From an uncultured Clostridia bacterium (lineage in GTDB: Bacteria > Bacillota > Clostridia > Christensenellales > Borkfalkiaceae): 25,289 nt of DNA. Both the position numbers and the translations under genes were made by a program. The stretch lies in contig CALWBJ010000108.1 in the NCBI GenBank assembly GCA_944376035.1, positions 1 to 25,289 of the forward strand. Reading direction: 5' to 3'. How positions within the stretch are numbered: the stretch's first letter is position 1; every line of letters begins with the position of its first letter. Shown here piece after piece: positions 1 to 8,589 of this stretch. The notes under the pieces are model-generated. The model was not told the origin of the DNA and did no database searches. It worked only from the letters and a program-made list of their open reading frames with translations.

Positions 1-3000
1 CTTAAAATAGTGGACGACGTTTATCACAGCGGTTCTCACAGTATGTATATAAAGACCGACACCACTTTAAGCGAGCAGCACGTTGTGGGCGCGCATCAGG
101 TGCCCATAACGGCTACGAGCGAAAAGCGTATTTTCGAAGTAACGTTCTGGTACGCGTCTCGCAATTCGAATGTGAAGAGCATCCAACTCGATTTATGGAA
201 TTATGACGAAAACCACAATAAGATATATTCGAGTTCGGTAGGTCAGACGGCGGCAAATAACCGCGGCACGACGGCCAGCCTCAGTTCCGGATCTGAGATA
301 AGTCAATGGAACAAGGTGGTTGCGCGTGTTTCCATCGCAAAGGACGCCAAATACGTTTCCTTTGTATTTACCTTTAACGACGGCGCCGCGGAGATCTGGG
401 TGGACGATATTTATTTCAATCAGGTTGAAGACGATAATATCACCATAGCCGACCACGCGGATTTCAAATCCAAGGACCAGGACGGCAACATTGCCGGTTG
501 GGACGTGGTCGATGAAAACATGAACGTCATAAAAGGCGTACTCGAACAGAAAACAGACGACGTTTACGGCGAATACGGCAGTTTTGACCTTGACAGAACG
601 GCTTATATGCGTTACAGAACGCTTGTTACGGCAACTTCTTACGAATATACCGTTACCGTAAGATACAGGAGCGATACAAACGTCAGCGTTCAGTTGCGTT
701 TCAACGATTATAAGGATAACGAATACACAAATCAGCGTATAGTAAAGACGCTGCCCGCCACAATGGGAGAATGGACCGAACAGGAATTCAGTTTTATTGC
801 GCCCAGCGCGACTACGGTGGATATAATGTTCGGAACGGAAGGCGGTGATTCTCCCGATCTTCTGGGATTGGTGCTCTATCAGAGTTCTACGCCCAAAACC
901 AAGATGACCTGGACGGGACAGTGGATATGTTATCAGACCGATTTCCGTTGGTGCACCGAATACGCTTACAGTTATTATCGCAAGACCATTTACCTTGACG
1001 ATAAGCCCACTTACGCGCCCTTGCAGATAACCGCGGACGATAAGGTAGCGCTTTATGTCAACGGCAACTTTATAATAAGTACTTTCGACAATCCTACCGA
1101 GGGTTGGGAAAGCATTAAGGTAGTACAGATTGAGGATTATCTGGTACCGGGCAAGAACGTCATAGCGGTACACGTGTTTAACCAGGGCGCATATTCGGCG
1201 ACCATATTCGACGGTATCTGGACCATGCCCGACGAAAGTCAGGTACAGTGCTATTCGGACGCGGACACAAAATGTCTCGGTACCGAGATTGAAAGTTATC
1301 AGCCCACCGAAGATAATCCCGTTCCCGAATGGGTAGAAGTCGATTTTGACGATTCCGAATGGATAAACGCGAGCATTATAGGTCCCGTTCCCATGAATCC
1401 CTGGGGCGATGTGTATTTCGACGCTTCGCTTTATATAGATAATAATATCGAGTTGGAAGCGGTAGAAGGCGAAGGCACTACCGTAAACGACCTCGAATAT
1501 GAGTTTACCGTAAAGATAAAACTCGAAGAGGAAATAACCACTCAACTTCCCATGTCGCTCGTGATATGGCGTAAGAATTCAACCAAGTCGCTTTGCAGCG
1601 TTACGCCCGAATTTATCGAAAACGGCGACATGACGAGTTGGCCGGTGGGCGAATGGTTTGAGGTCAGGATGAAAGTCGAACTTCCCGACTATATAGACAG
1701 CGGAAATTACACACTGCAACTTTCGGAAGATTATTTCTATATAAAATCTACGGGCGTATTCGATAACAAATTCATTGACTTCAAGGTGGTGAACGATTTT
1801 GTCGCCAAGCCGCTTGTGTCAAAGGTAGAGAACGTAAACGGAGTTCCGACCATCACGATAAACGGCGAACCGGTGCCGTCAATATATTTCACCGCGCCGG
1901 GACTCAATCTTTCGTCCGCGCTCGGTACTATAAATAAATCGGGACTGGAACTTTATGTAAACTATACCACCAATCTTGACGTAATGTACAACGAGAACGG
2001 TTCGCTTGACTACGATTTCTTCGATAAGGAAATAAATACCATTCTTTCGTCGTCAACGTACGCGAATTTAATAGTTACGTTCGGAATGGAAGCGCCCGCG
2101 TGGTGGTTAGAGGAGAACCCCGACGAGTGCGCTCAGACTTCTGACGTCAACGGCAATATAGTGTTCACAGACGGTCATAACGCTTCCATGGGTTCGGTGA
2201 AGTGGCAGCAGGAATCGGGTGAACTTCTTAAACTTCTTATAGAGCACATGCTCAATCAGAATTATGTGTCGAGGATAGCGGGTATAAGGTTTATATTCGG
2301 TCATACGGCAGAATTTATAACCTACGGAAGCATGGACGCGGGAAGACTTCCCGATTATTCGCCCGCCGCTTTAGAATATTTCAAGAACTGGGCGGAGCGC
2401 ACTTACGGCACGATAGAAAATCTGAGGGAAGCGTGGAACGAGCCTGATCTGCAGTCTTTTGACGATATTACTTTCCCGACGTATAAAGAACTGATGCAGG
2501 GCAGCGAAGATTTCCCGATACTGTACGATCCCGTAACGCAGAGAAAATACATTGATTTCAGAAATCTTTTAGGCGAGATGACCAGCGACTGTCTGCTTTA
2601 CTGGGCAAAAATAGCCAAAGAGGCAACAGACTATAATCTTATAGTAGGCGCGTATTTCGGTTATCTGTTCATGGGCGGCAACTACGGCGCGGCAGGCGTA
2701 GAGCATACCGCGCTTGACAGAGTATTGAAGTCCGACCTTGTTGATTTCTTCTCGTCCCCCGGCGGATATAACGAAAAACAACTTGGCGAGAGTATATATC
2801 TGCAAGCGGTATCCGACAGTATACGCGCGCACGGCAAACTCGTTATCGCCGAACAGGATAACCGTACCGTGCTGACGGGACTTTTTGCCGGCAGCGTCTG
2901 GGATACCTACCGCGATTTCCAGGTCGGAACCACTCACACGATGGACGAATCCATTTTACAGGAAAAACGCGACGCGGTGTTCAACCTTGTAAACGGCAAC

Positions 3001-4368
3001 GCCCAGTGGCTTTATGATATGTACGGCGGTTGGATAGCCGACGACCAGATTTACGAATTCACAAACGACGCCAACGACGAGTTCAACTTTGCAAATTATA
3101 TAGAAAAAGACGTTGTAAACGACGTCGCGGTGATACTTCCCGATAAGAACACCACTTATTACAGAGTGGGAGACGAACTCAATGCGGACGCGCCCTTCTA
3201 CCATCAGGTGGTCTTGTCGCAGTATATGTACAAGTATCACAGAAAAAATCTCGATAAGATGGGTGCGGGATACGACGTTTACGCATTGAGCACACTCACT
3301 TCGGGACTTATGCCCGAGCATAAAGTAAATATATTCTTCTCGCCCTATGTGCTTTCGGAAGAAGACCGTGAAGCGATAGACACTTACTGCAAGAAGAACG
3401 GACAGATAAACATATTCCTGCACCTGTCGGGAGTGGGAGATGAAAACGGACTTTCGGCTGACAATATGAAAGAACTAACGGGATTTGATATCGCGGTCGA
3501 AAACAAGGAGTCCACCGGTCAGATAACCATAACCGACAACGAAAATTACGTTACCAAAGGACTTGCGGGGCAGACTTTCGGCGCACAGGTATCTACAATC
3601 AAATATTTTACAAGCGAGATATACGTTGCGGACACCGAGGACGTTACCGTGCTCGGCGTGCTTTCGGACAGCGGCAAGCCTGCCTTTGCGGTAAAGGAAA
3701 TGGACGGCTGGACGAGTATTTTCTGCGCGGCTCCGCTTATGACTACGGATATATACAGAAATATTTTAAAAGAGGCTTCGGTTCACATTTATTCGGAAAA
3801 CAAGTCGGATATAGTATGGTCTAACAGCGCTTATGTCGGAGTTCATTCTGCCGAGGAAGGATACAAAACCATAACGCTTGACGGCAGGTACGCGGTTTAC
3901 GACGTTTTCGAGGAAAAATATATTTCTCTCGACACAGACGTGATCGAATACTTCAACCGCGCAAACGATACCCATCTTTTCCGCCTTACCGAAATCAACA
4001 CCTATTCGCTTCTCGCCATGGTAAAGGGCGGACACGGCAAGGTTTCGCTCGACGGTCTGGAACAGGTGGCGGCGGGTTCTAAAAAGAGCATTGTCATTAC
4101 TCCCGACGAGGGATACATGAGAAAAACCGTGCTTGTAAACGGCGAGGAAGTAACTCTCGGCGAAGACAATACGATTACTTTTGATAATATTAACGAAAAC
4201 AACACCGTTGTCGTCAGATTCAAGAGACTGCCTGCAAAGATAGACGTTGAAGAGATTATTTACGGCGAAGTTTATATTCCCGACTGGGTGGTCTGGACGG
4301 TAAGTATCGTCGTTATAGCGGGAATCACCGTGCTGGTGATATTCCTTAAAAAGAAGTTCGCGCGCTGA
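1..4368 (+). CDS. 5'-partial multi-domain glycoside hydrolase: two CBM4/9-like beta-sandwiches, a rhamnosidase-N/galactose-binding-like jelly roll, a GH42-like (clan GH-A) barrel, a trimerisation-like domain, an InlB B-repeat-like module and a C-terminal TM anchor
   Basis: Frame 1 is open from base 1 (CTT AAA ATA GTG...), so the GTG at 10 is probably not the true start. Motifs: EIWVDDIYF (CBM4/9-like), YYRKTIYL...ITADDKVALYVNG...PGKNVIAV...FDDSEW (jelly roll), APAWWLEENPDE, DYSPAALEYFKNWAERTYGTIENLREAWN (GH42-like), GKLVIAEQDNRT, ITPDEGY...VLVNG (B-repeat-like), and a hydrophobic tail ending KKKFAR. Confidence 0.75.
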   Translation, partial: LKIVDDVYHSGSHSMYIKTDTTLSEQHVVGAHQVPITATSEKRIFEVTFWYASRNSNVKSIQLDLWNYDENHNKIYSSSVGQTAANNRGTTASLSSGSEISQWNKVVARVSIAKDAKYVSFVFTFNDGAAEIWVDDIYFNQVEDDNITIADHADFKSKDQDGNIAGWDVVDENMNVIKGVLEQKTDDVYGEYGSFDLDRTAYMRYRTLVTATSYEYTVTVRYRSDTNVSVQLRFNDYKDNEYTNQRIVKTLPATMGEWTEQEFSFIAPSATTVDIMFGTEGGDSPDLLGLVLYQSSTPKTKMTWTGQWICYQTDFRWCTEYAYSYYRKTIYLDDKPTYAPLQITADDKVALYVNGNFIISTFDNPTEGWESIKVVQIEDYLVPGKNVIAVHVFNQGAYSATIFDGIWTMPDESQVQCYSDADTKCLGTEIESYQPTEDNPVPEWVEVDFDDSEWINASIIGPVPMNPWGDVYFDASLYIDNNIELEAVEGEGTTVNDLEYEFTVKIKLEEEITTQLPMSLVIWRKNSTKSLCSVTPEFIENGDMTSWPVGEWFEVRMKVELPDYIDSGNYTLQLSEDYFYIKSTGVFDNKFIDFKVVNDFVAKPLVSKVENVNGVPTITINGEPVPSIYFTAPGLNLSSALGTINKSGLELYVNYTTNLDVMYNENGSLDYDFFDKEINTILSSSTYANLIVTFGMEAPAWWLEENPDECAQTSDVNGNIVFTDGHNASMGSVKWQQESGELLKLLIEHMLNQNYVSRIAGIRFIFGHTAEFITYGSMDAGRLPDYSPAALEYFKNWAERTYGTIENLREAWNEPDLQSFDDITFPTYKELMQGSEDFPILYDPVTQRKYIDFRNLLGEMTSDCLLYWAKIAKEATDYNLIVGAYFGYLFMGGNYGAAGVEHTALDRVLKSDLVDFFSSPGGYNEKQLGESIYLQAVSDSIRAHGKLVIAEQDNRTVLTGLFAGSVWDTYRDFQVGTTHTMDESILQEKRDAVFNLVNGNAQWLYDMYGGWIADDQIYEFTNDANDEFNFANYIEKDVVNDVAVILPDKNTTYYRVGDELNADAPFYHQVVLSQYMYKYHRKNLDKMGAGYDVYALSTLTSGLMPEHKVNIFFSPYVLSEEDREAIDTYCKKNGQINIFLHLSGVGDENGLSADNMKELTGFDIAVENKESTGQITITDNENYVTKGLAGQTFGAQVSTIKYFTSEIYVADTEDVTVLGVLSDSGKPAFAVKEMDGWTSIFCAAPLMTTDIYRNILKEASVHIYSENKSDIVWSNSAYVGVHSAEEGYKTITLDGRYAVYDVFEEKYISLDTDVIEYFNRANDTHLFRLTEINTYSLLAMVKGGHGKVSLDGLEQVAAGSKKSIVITPDEGYMRKTVLVNGEEVTLGEDNTITFDNINENNTVVVRFKRLPAKIDVEEIIYGEVYIPDWVVWTVSIVVIAGITVLVIFLKKKFAR

Positions 4369-4379
4369 AAGGAGAGGAT

Positions 4380-5735
4380 ATGAAAAAATTTATATCGGTT
4401 ATATGTTTTATACTGGTAGTTGTCATGAGCCTTTCGGGCTGTACGTTCGTAATAAGCGAAACGGTTATAGGCGGAGGCTCGGACGGTGATTATGAATACG
4501 ACGACGGACCCGTAAAGGAAGAGCCTGCGCTCGCGGGAGAACTTGAAATACAGATATGGACCAACGAGAGCGAAGACATGACAAACGCCTGGACGTACCT
4601 TATCGACGAGTTTGAAGAAGATACGGGGCTTGACGTAACGGCGTATATAGGCTCTCATGTCAACACCAAACTGCAAAGCCGTTGGGAGAACGGCAACCCT
4701 CCCGACTTAGCGCTTTTAAACGGCAGTCTGCCGGTAGAAGGCTTTGAAGAAAAAGGTTATCTTAAAGACCTTAAAGACCTGCTTCAGAACGGATACGTTT
4801 ACGGAACCGAGAAAAAAATCTGGGACGTAACCTATCACGACATACATCAGCGGTACGACGAGGACTCGCCTTATTACAGGGCAGGATTCGTGGCTGCACC
4901 GTACGGAGTGCTTTATGATAACGCGTATCTTAAAAGTTTAGGGTTACAGGCGCCCGAAAACTATACCCAACTGCAAACTTTCTCGCAAGCGGTTATAGAT
5001 TCGGGAAACGCCGTATTCACTACTTACGGAAACACGGGTTCTTATCCCACATGGTCGATGATTATGCCGGCGATAGCGGCTTACGGTCAGGAATATCTTG
5101 ACGACGTGCTGAAAGGCTCGTCCGAGGCATGGCAGAGGGCGGAGGTCAAAGCCGTTCTTCAAAGGTGGAGAGATTTCTGTAATACAAAAGGGGTGCTTGT
5201 AGACGGAACATCGAGTTTCGACCATACTACTTCGCAGATAAAATGGCTCAATCACGAATCGGCTTTAATCGGTAACGGAATATGGCTTCCCGCCGAAGTC
5301 AGAAACGTTACGCCGCCCGATTTCGATATGCAGTTCGTAACTTCTCCGCTTACGCTCGAAGACCAGAAACCTGTAGTTCTTGCAGGCGGTAACGCAATGC
5401 TCATGGCGTCCAAAGCCAAAAACGTGGAAAATGCCGAAGCGTTTATAAGGTATTTGTATACTAAGAAAGCGCAGGCTATACTCACTTCCGGATTCGGATA
5501 TATGGGCGCAAGAACGGATATGGATTATGTGAGCGTATCGGGAATGAGCGACGCGGCGCAGGATATTCTCTCTTATATTTACAGCGATAAAGTGGATATA
5601 CTTTGGCAGAGATACACCTGGGGAACGCTTAACGACGCGGTAAACGCAGCCACTCACGGTCTGATGACAGGCTCTATGACGGTCGACGAGGCGGTTAAAA
5701 GAATTGTCGATATGGCAAAACAGTTGGGGAAATAA
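4380..5735 (+). CDS. Carbohydrate ABC transporter substrate-binding lipoprotein
   Basis: Lipoprotein signal MKKFISVICFILVVVMSLSG-C; SBP_bac_1-like segments (NPPDLALLN, YGVLYDNAYLKSLGLQAPENYTQL, NVENAEAFIRYLYT); AAGGAGAGG RBS directly after the hydrolase stop. Confidence 0.88.
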   Translation: MKKFISVICFILVVVMSLSGCTFVISETVIGGGSDGDYEYDDGPVKEEPALAGELEIQIWTNESEDMTNAWTYLIDEFEEDTGLDVTAYIGSHVNTKLQSRWENGNPPDLALLNGSLPVEGFEEKGYLKDLKDLLQNGYVYGTEKKIWDVTYHDIHQRYDEDSPYYRAGFVAAPYGVLYDNAYLKSLGLQAPENYTQLQTFSQAVIDSGNAVFTTYGNTGSYPTWSMIMPAIAAYGQEYLDDVLKGSSEAWQRAEVKAVLQRWRDFCNTKGVLVDGTSSFDHTTSQIKWLNHESALIGNGIWLPAEVRNVTPPDFDMQFVTSPLTLEDQKPVVLAGGNAMLMASKAKNVENAEAFIRYLYTKKAQAILTSGFGYMGARTDMDYVSVSGMSDAAQDILSYIYSDKVDILWQRYTWGTLNDAVNAATHGLMTGSMTVDEAVKRIVDMAKQLGK

Positions 5736-5754
5736 TTGAAGGTAAGAAAGTTTT

Positions 5755-6645
5755 ATGAGAAAATCAACTAATATTTTATCCAGACCTACAAAAGGTCAGT
5801 GGGGATTTATGTTACTTTTCGGGCTTCCGCCGTTTTTGCTTTTCGTATTCATAACGGTAGTGCCGATGATAAGGTCGGTAATATACAGTTTTTACGCAGG
5901 CGACGGAGTTACTTGGGTTGGATTTAATAATTACGCGGCGCTGCTTTCCGACCCGAATTTCTATGCGCCCATGCTGAACGACTTTTTAATACTTCTCTTT
6001 AAAGAAGTCATGGTAATCGTCGTTTCGGTAATTTTTGCAATCAGCATTACAAGATTGAGTTTCAGACGCGGCGAAACATCGTTTTTAAGGTTTATCTATT
6101 ATATCCCGAATATACTTTCGGTAGTTGTAATCGCCAAGGTATGGAAATACTTTTTCGACTTTGACCTTGTTTCTCAGATTTTCGGGACGACGATGCCGTC
6201 CAACGGCTGGATAAACACCTATCCCGTTCCTATTATAACCTTTGTTGCAAGTTGGTGCGGTATAGGAATGTTTATGATAATTCTGATAGCGGCGATAAAC
6301 AATATATCCAAAGAACTTTACGAGGCGGCGGATCTTGACGGCGCAAATCAGTTCAGACAGTTGTTTTCGATAACGCTGCCCGCGCTTTTGCCGCAGATGC
6401 GGTATATGGCGGTTTCGATAGTCATATCGATAGTGGCGTCCAACACCAACTTCGTAAAACTTTTCATGGGCGACAGTTCCGGCGGCTCGGGTTTCACCGT
6501 CATGGGCGTTTACGAGTACAACGCGTTCGAAAGAATGCAGTATGAAACGGCTTATGCCGCGGCGGTAATAATCATGGTGATAGTTTTCGCTATATCTTAT
6601 CTTCTGAACACACTCATACGCGACAAGGAGGAGAACCAGTTATGA
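5755..6645 (+). CDS. Carbohydrate ABC transporter permease 1
   Basis: Several hydrophobic helices and the EAA motif ELYEAADLDGANQFRQLFSITLP. Confidence 0.92.
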   Translation: MRKSTNILSRPTKGQWGFMLLFGLPPFLLFVFITVVPMIRSVIYSFYAGDGVTWVGFNNYAALLSDPNFYAPMLNDFLILLFKEVMVIVVSVIFAISITRLSFRRGETSFLRFIYYIPNILSVVVIAKVWKYFFDFDLVSQIFGTTMPSNGWINTYPVPIITFVASWCGIGMFMIILIAAINNISKELYEAADLDGANQFRQLFSITLPALLPQMRYMAVSIVISIVASNTNFVKLFMGDSSGGSGFTVMGVYEYNAFERMQYETAYAAAVIIMVIVFAISYLLNTLIRDKEENQL

Positions 6646-7511
6646 CCAACCGTATCAAGCAGTCAACCGGAACTATTATAATGCGCTGGGTTATAAGAAT
6701 TTTTCTCTACGCATGGGTTATAACGGTAATATTTCCGCTTTTCTGGATGCTCGCAACTTCGCTTAAAGACAGCAAAGTGTTTATGCAGGGCGGAGCGAAT
6801 ATCTGGAACTGGCCTGATAAGATATTCCTTATAAACTATATCAAAGCCTGGGCAGAAGCAAACATGGGGCAGTATATGCTCAATACCCTTATGGTAGTTG
6901 TGATGACGGTTATATTCTATACCATAATGGTAACCACAACTTCATATATTCTCGCAAAGTACAATTTTAAGTTTATAAAATTTTTCCGCGGATTTTACTT
7001 TGTCGCAATGATGATACCGACCGTTCTTCTGATTTATCAGTTGTATTTCCAACTGAACAGCATAGTCGGCGGGCTTACCGACAATCTGATTGTCCTTGCG
7101 CTCGTATACGCGGTGCAGGGTATACCTGCGGGAGTATTCCTTCTCACGGCTTTCGTGTCGGGAATAGACAAGAGTTTCATGGAAGCGGCAAAGATAGACG
7201 GAGCGGGCGAGTGGTGTATTTTCAGCAGAATAATAATTCCGTTCATACTGCCGGTAGTTCTGTTTTTGGGACTCACGCAGTTTATGGGCTCTTGGAACGA
7301 ATACCTCACGGCGCTTACATTCCTCGATTCGGATACCAAACTTACGCTTTCGGTCGGTATTCAGAGACTTATCACAAAGTTTACCTATGAATCCGATTAC
7401 GGCATAATCTTTTCGAGTCTTGTCATATCGCTTCTTCCCATACTTTTACTTTATGCCATGTTCCAGAAGGTCATTCAGAACGGTACCGACATAAGCGACG
7501 GAATAAAATAA
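6642..7511 (+). CDS. Carbohydrate ABC transporter permease 2
   Basis: EAA motif SFMEAAKIDGA, FMGSWNEYLTAL segment, and ATGA overlap with the preceding permease. Confidence 0.92.
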   Translation: MTNRIKQSTGTIIMRWVIRIFLYAWVITVIFPLFWMLATSLKDSKVFMQGGANIWNWPDKIFLINYIKAWAEANMGQYMLNTLMVVVMTVIFYTIMVTTTSYILAKYNFKFIKFFRGFYFVAMMIPTVLLIYQLYFQLNSIVGGLTDNLIVLALVYAVQGIPAGVFLLTAFVSGIDKSFMEAAKIDGAGEWCIFSRIIIPFILPVVLFLGLTQFMGSWNEYLTALTFLDSDTKLTLSVGIQRLITKFTYESDYGIIFSSLVISLLPILLLYAMFQKVIQNGTDISDGIK

Positions 7512-7555
7512 CAATCGTTCATTAAGTACAATAAATCAATAAGTATAATAAATCA

Positions 7556-7592
7556 TTTACGCGGCGACGCTAAATTAGCGTCGCCGCGTAAA
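7556..7592 (+). terminator. Perfect 17-bp stem-loop after the sugar ABC operon
   Basis: TTTACGCGGCGACGCTA-AAT-TAGCGTCGCCGCGTAAA, 44 nt after the permease stop; the U-tract is weak (GTTTAT). Confidence 0.7.
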
Positions 7593-7695
7593 GTTTATAA
7601 TAATTTTATACTATAAGGTGAAAGGCAGTACATTATTTTATATAAATATTAAATATAAAAAATTAAATATAAAAATGCACGGTAAAAGGGTGGTA

Positions 7696-7724
7696 TTGAC
7701 AAATTTTGTATTTTAGAATATAAT
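7696..7724 (+). promoter_or_regulatory. SigmaA/70 promoter for the LOG-family gene
   Basis: Perfect consensus TTGACA-17 nt-TATAAT, followed by an AAGGAGG RBS before ATG 7781. Confidence 0.85.
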
Positions 7725-7780
7725 AATATAAAAATTGAATATACTGACTTAAAGGGCAGTTAAAAAAGGAGGCTCGGAAA

Positions 7781-8356
7781 ATGAACGAAAAAAGAAGAAC
7801 GGTCGCAATTATCGGCGACGCGAACATAGAAAAAGACGGAGTAAAATATAAACTTGCTTTTGAAACGGGCAAAGCGCTCATAGACGCGGGGTACCGTATA
7901 CAGTCGGGAGGTCTCGGCGGAGTTATGGAAGCGGCGTTCTGCGGCGCGCACGCTTCTCAAAAATACCGTGAAGGGGATACTGTGGCGCTAATACCGTCAT
8001 TTGACGCGACGGTAGCAAATCCTTATGCCGATATTATTATCCCAACGGGTCTCGACGTTATGAGAAACGCCATAGTTGCCAACGCGAGCGCGGTCATAGC
8101 CGTGGGCGGAGGCGCGGGAACGCTTTCGGAGATAGCGTTTGCCTGGTCGCTTTTCAGAATGGTCCTTGCGTTTGAAAACGCCGACGGATGGAGCGGAAAA
8201 GTCGCGAATACCCGTATGGATAATCGCATACGTTATCCCGAAATAGAAGACGACAGGGTTTACGGCGTTAAGAGCGCGGAAGAAGTTATAAAACTTTTAG
8301 ACGAGCGTATAGCAAGGTATAACCGTTATCACGGCGGAATACAATATATCAAATAA
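7781..8356 (+). CDS. SLOG superfamily protein, LOG/TIGR00725-like (putative nucleotide phosphoribohydrolase)
   Basis: VAIIG, SGGLGGVMEAA, TGLDVMRNAIV and the LOG motif GGGAGTLSEIA. Confidence 0.85.
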   Translation: MNEKRRTVAIIGDANIEKDGVKYKLAFETGKALIDAGYRIQSGGLGGVMEAAFCGAHASQKYREGDTVALIPSFDATVANPYADIIIPTGLDVMRNAIVANASAVIAVGGGAGTLSEIAFAWSLFRMVLAFENADGWSGKVANTRMDNRIRYPEIEDDRVYGVKSAEEVIKLLDERIARYNRYHGGIQYIK

Positions 8357-8378
8357 TTATGAATTTTACAAAAACAGG

Positions 8379-8416
8379 TCTGCGGCAGCCGCTGTAATAA
8401 AAGCGGCTACCGCAGA
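8379..8416 (+). terminator. Intrinsic terminator-like hairpin after the LOG gene
   Basis: TCTGCGG-C-AGCCGCT / AGCGGCT-A-CCGCAGA (14 bp with one mismatch, 8-nt loop), followed by AGGCTTTT. Confidence 0.65.
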
Positions 8417-8466
8417 AGGCTTTTAAAGCAGATTTTTCAAAATAATTAAGAAATTTAAAAATAGTA

Positions 8467-8495
8467 TTGAAAACGGCATAAAACAATGTTATACT
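8467..8495 (+). promoter_or_regulatory. SigmaA promoter with extended -10 for the fused ABC gene
   Basis: TTGAAA-17 nt-TATACT with TGn before the -10; AAGGAG RBS at 8576-8581. Confidence 0.7.
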
Positions 8496-8589
8496 TTTAA
8501 CATGTATATATTTAATTGTAAAGAGCATACGATTATATTCTTGTAAGCGACATAATAATTATAAAAGGAAAAGGTAAGGAGAGCTTAAA

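Noticed and set aside
193-1545. 450-aa minus-strand ORF, plus other antisense ORFs over the hydrolase and ABC genes
   Set aside because: It lies entirely opposite a well-supported gene, has no recognisable motifs, and is a typical codon-bias shadow ORF.
8420-8589. Fused ABC gene as part of the ECF regulon
   Set aside because: There is no GGGAC...CGTT motif upstream; it has a sigmaA-type promoter and a hairpin separates it from the sigma gene.
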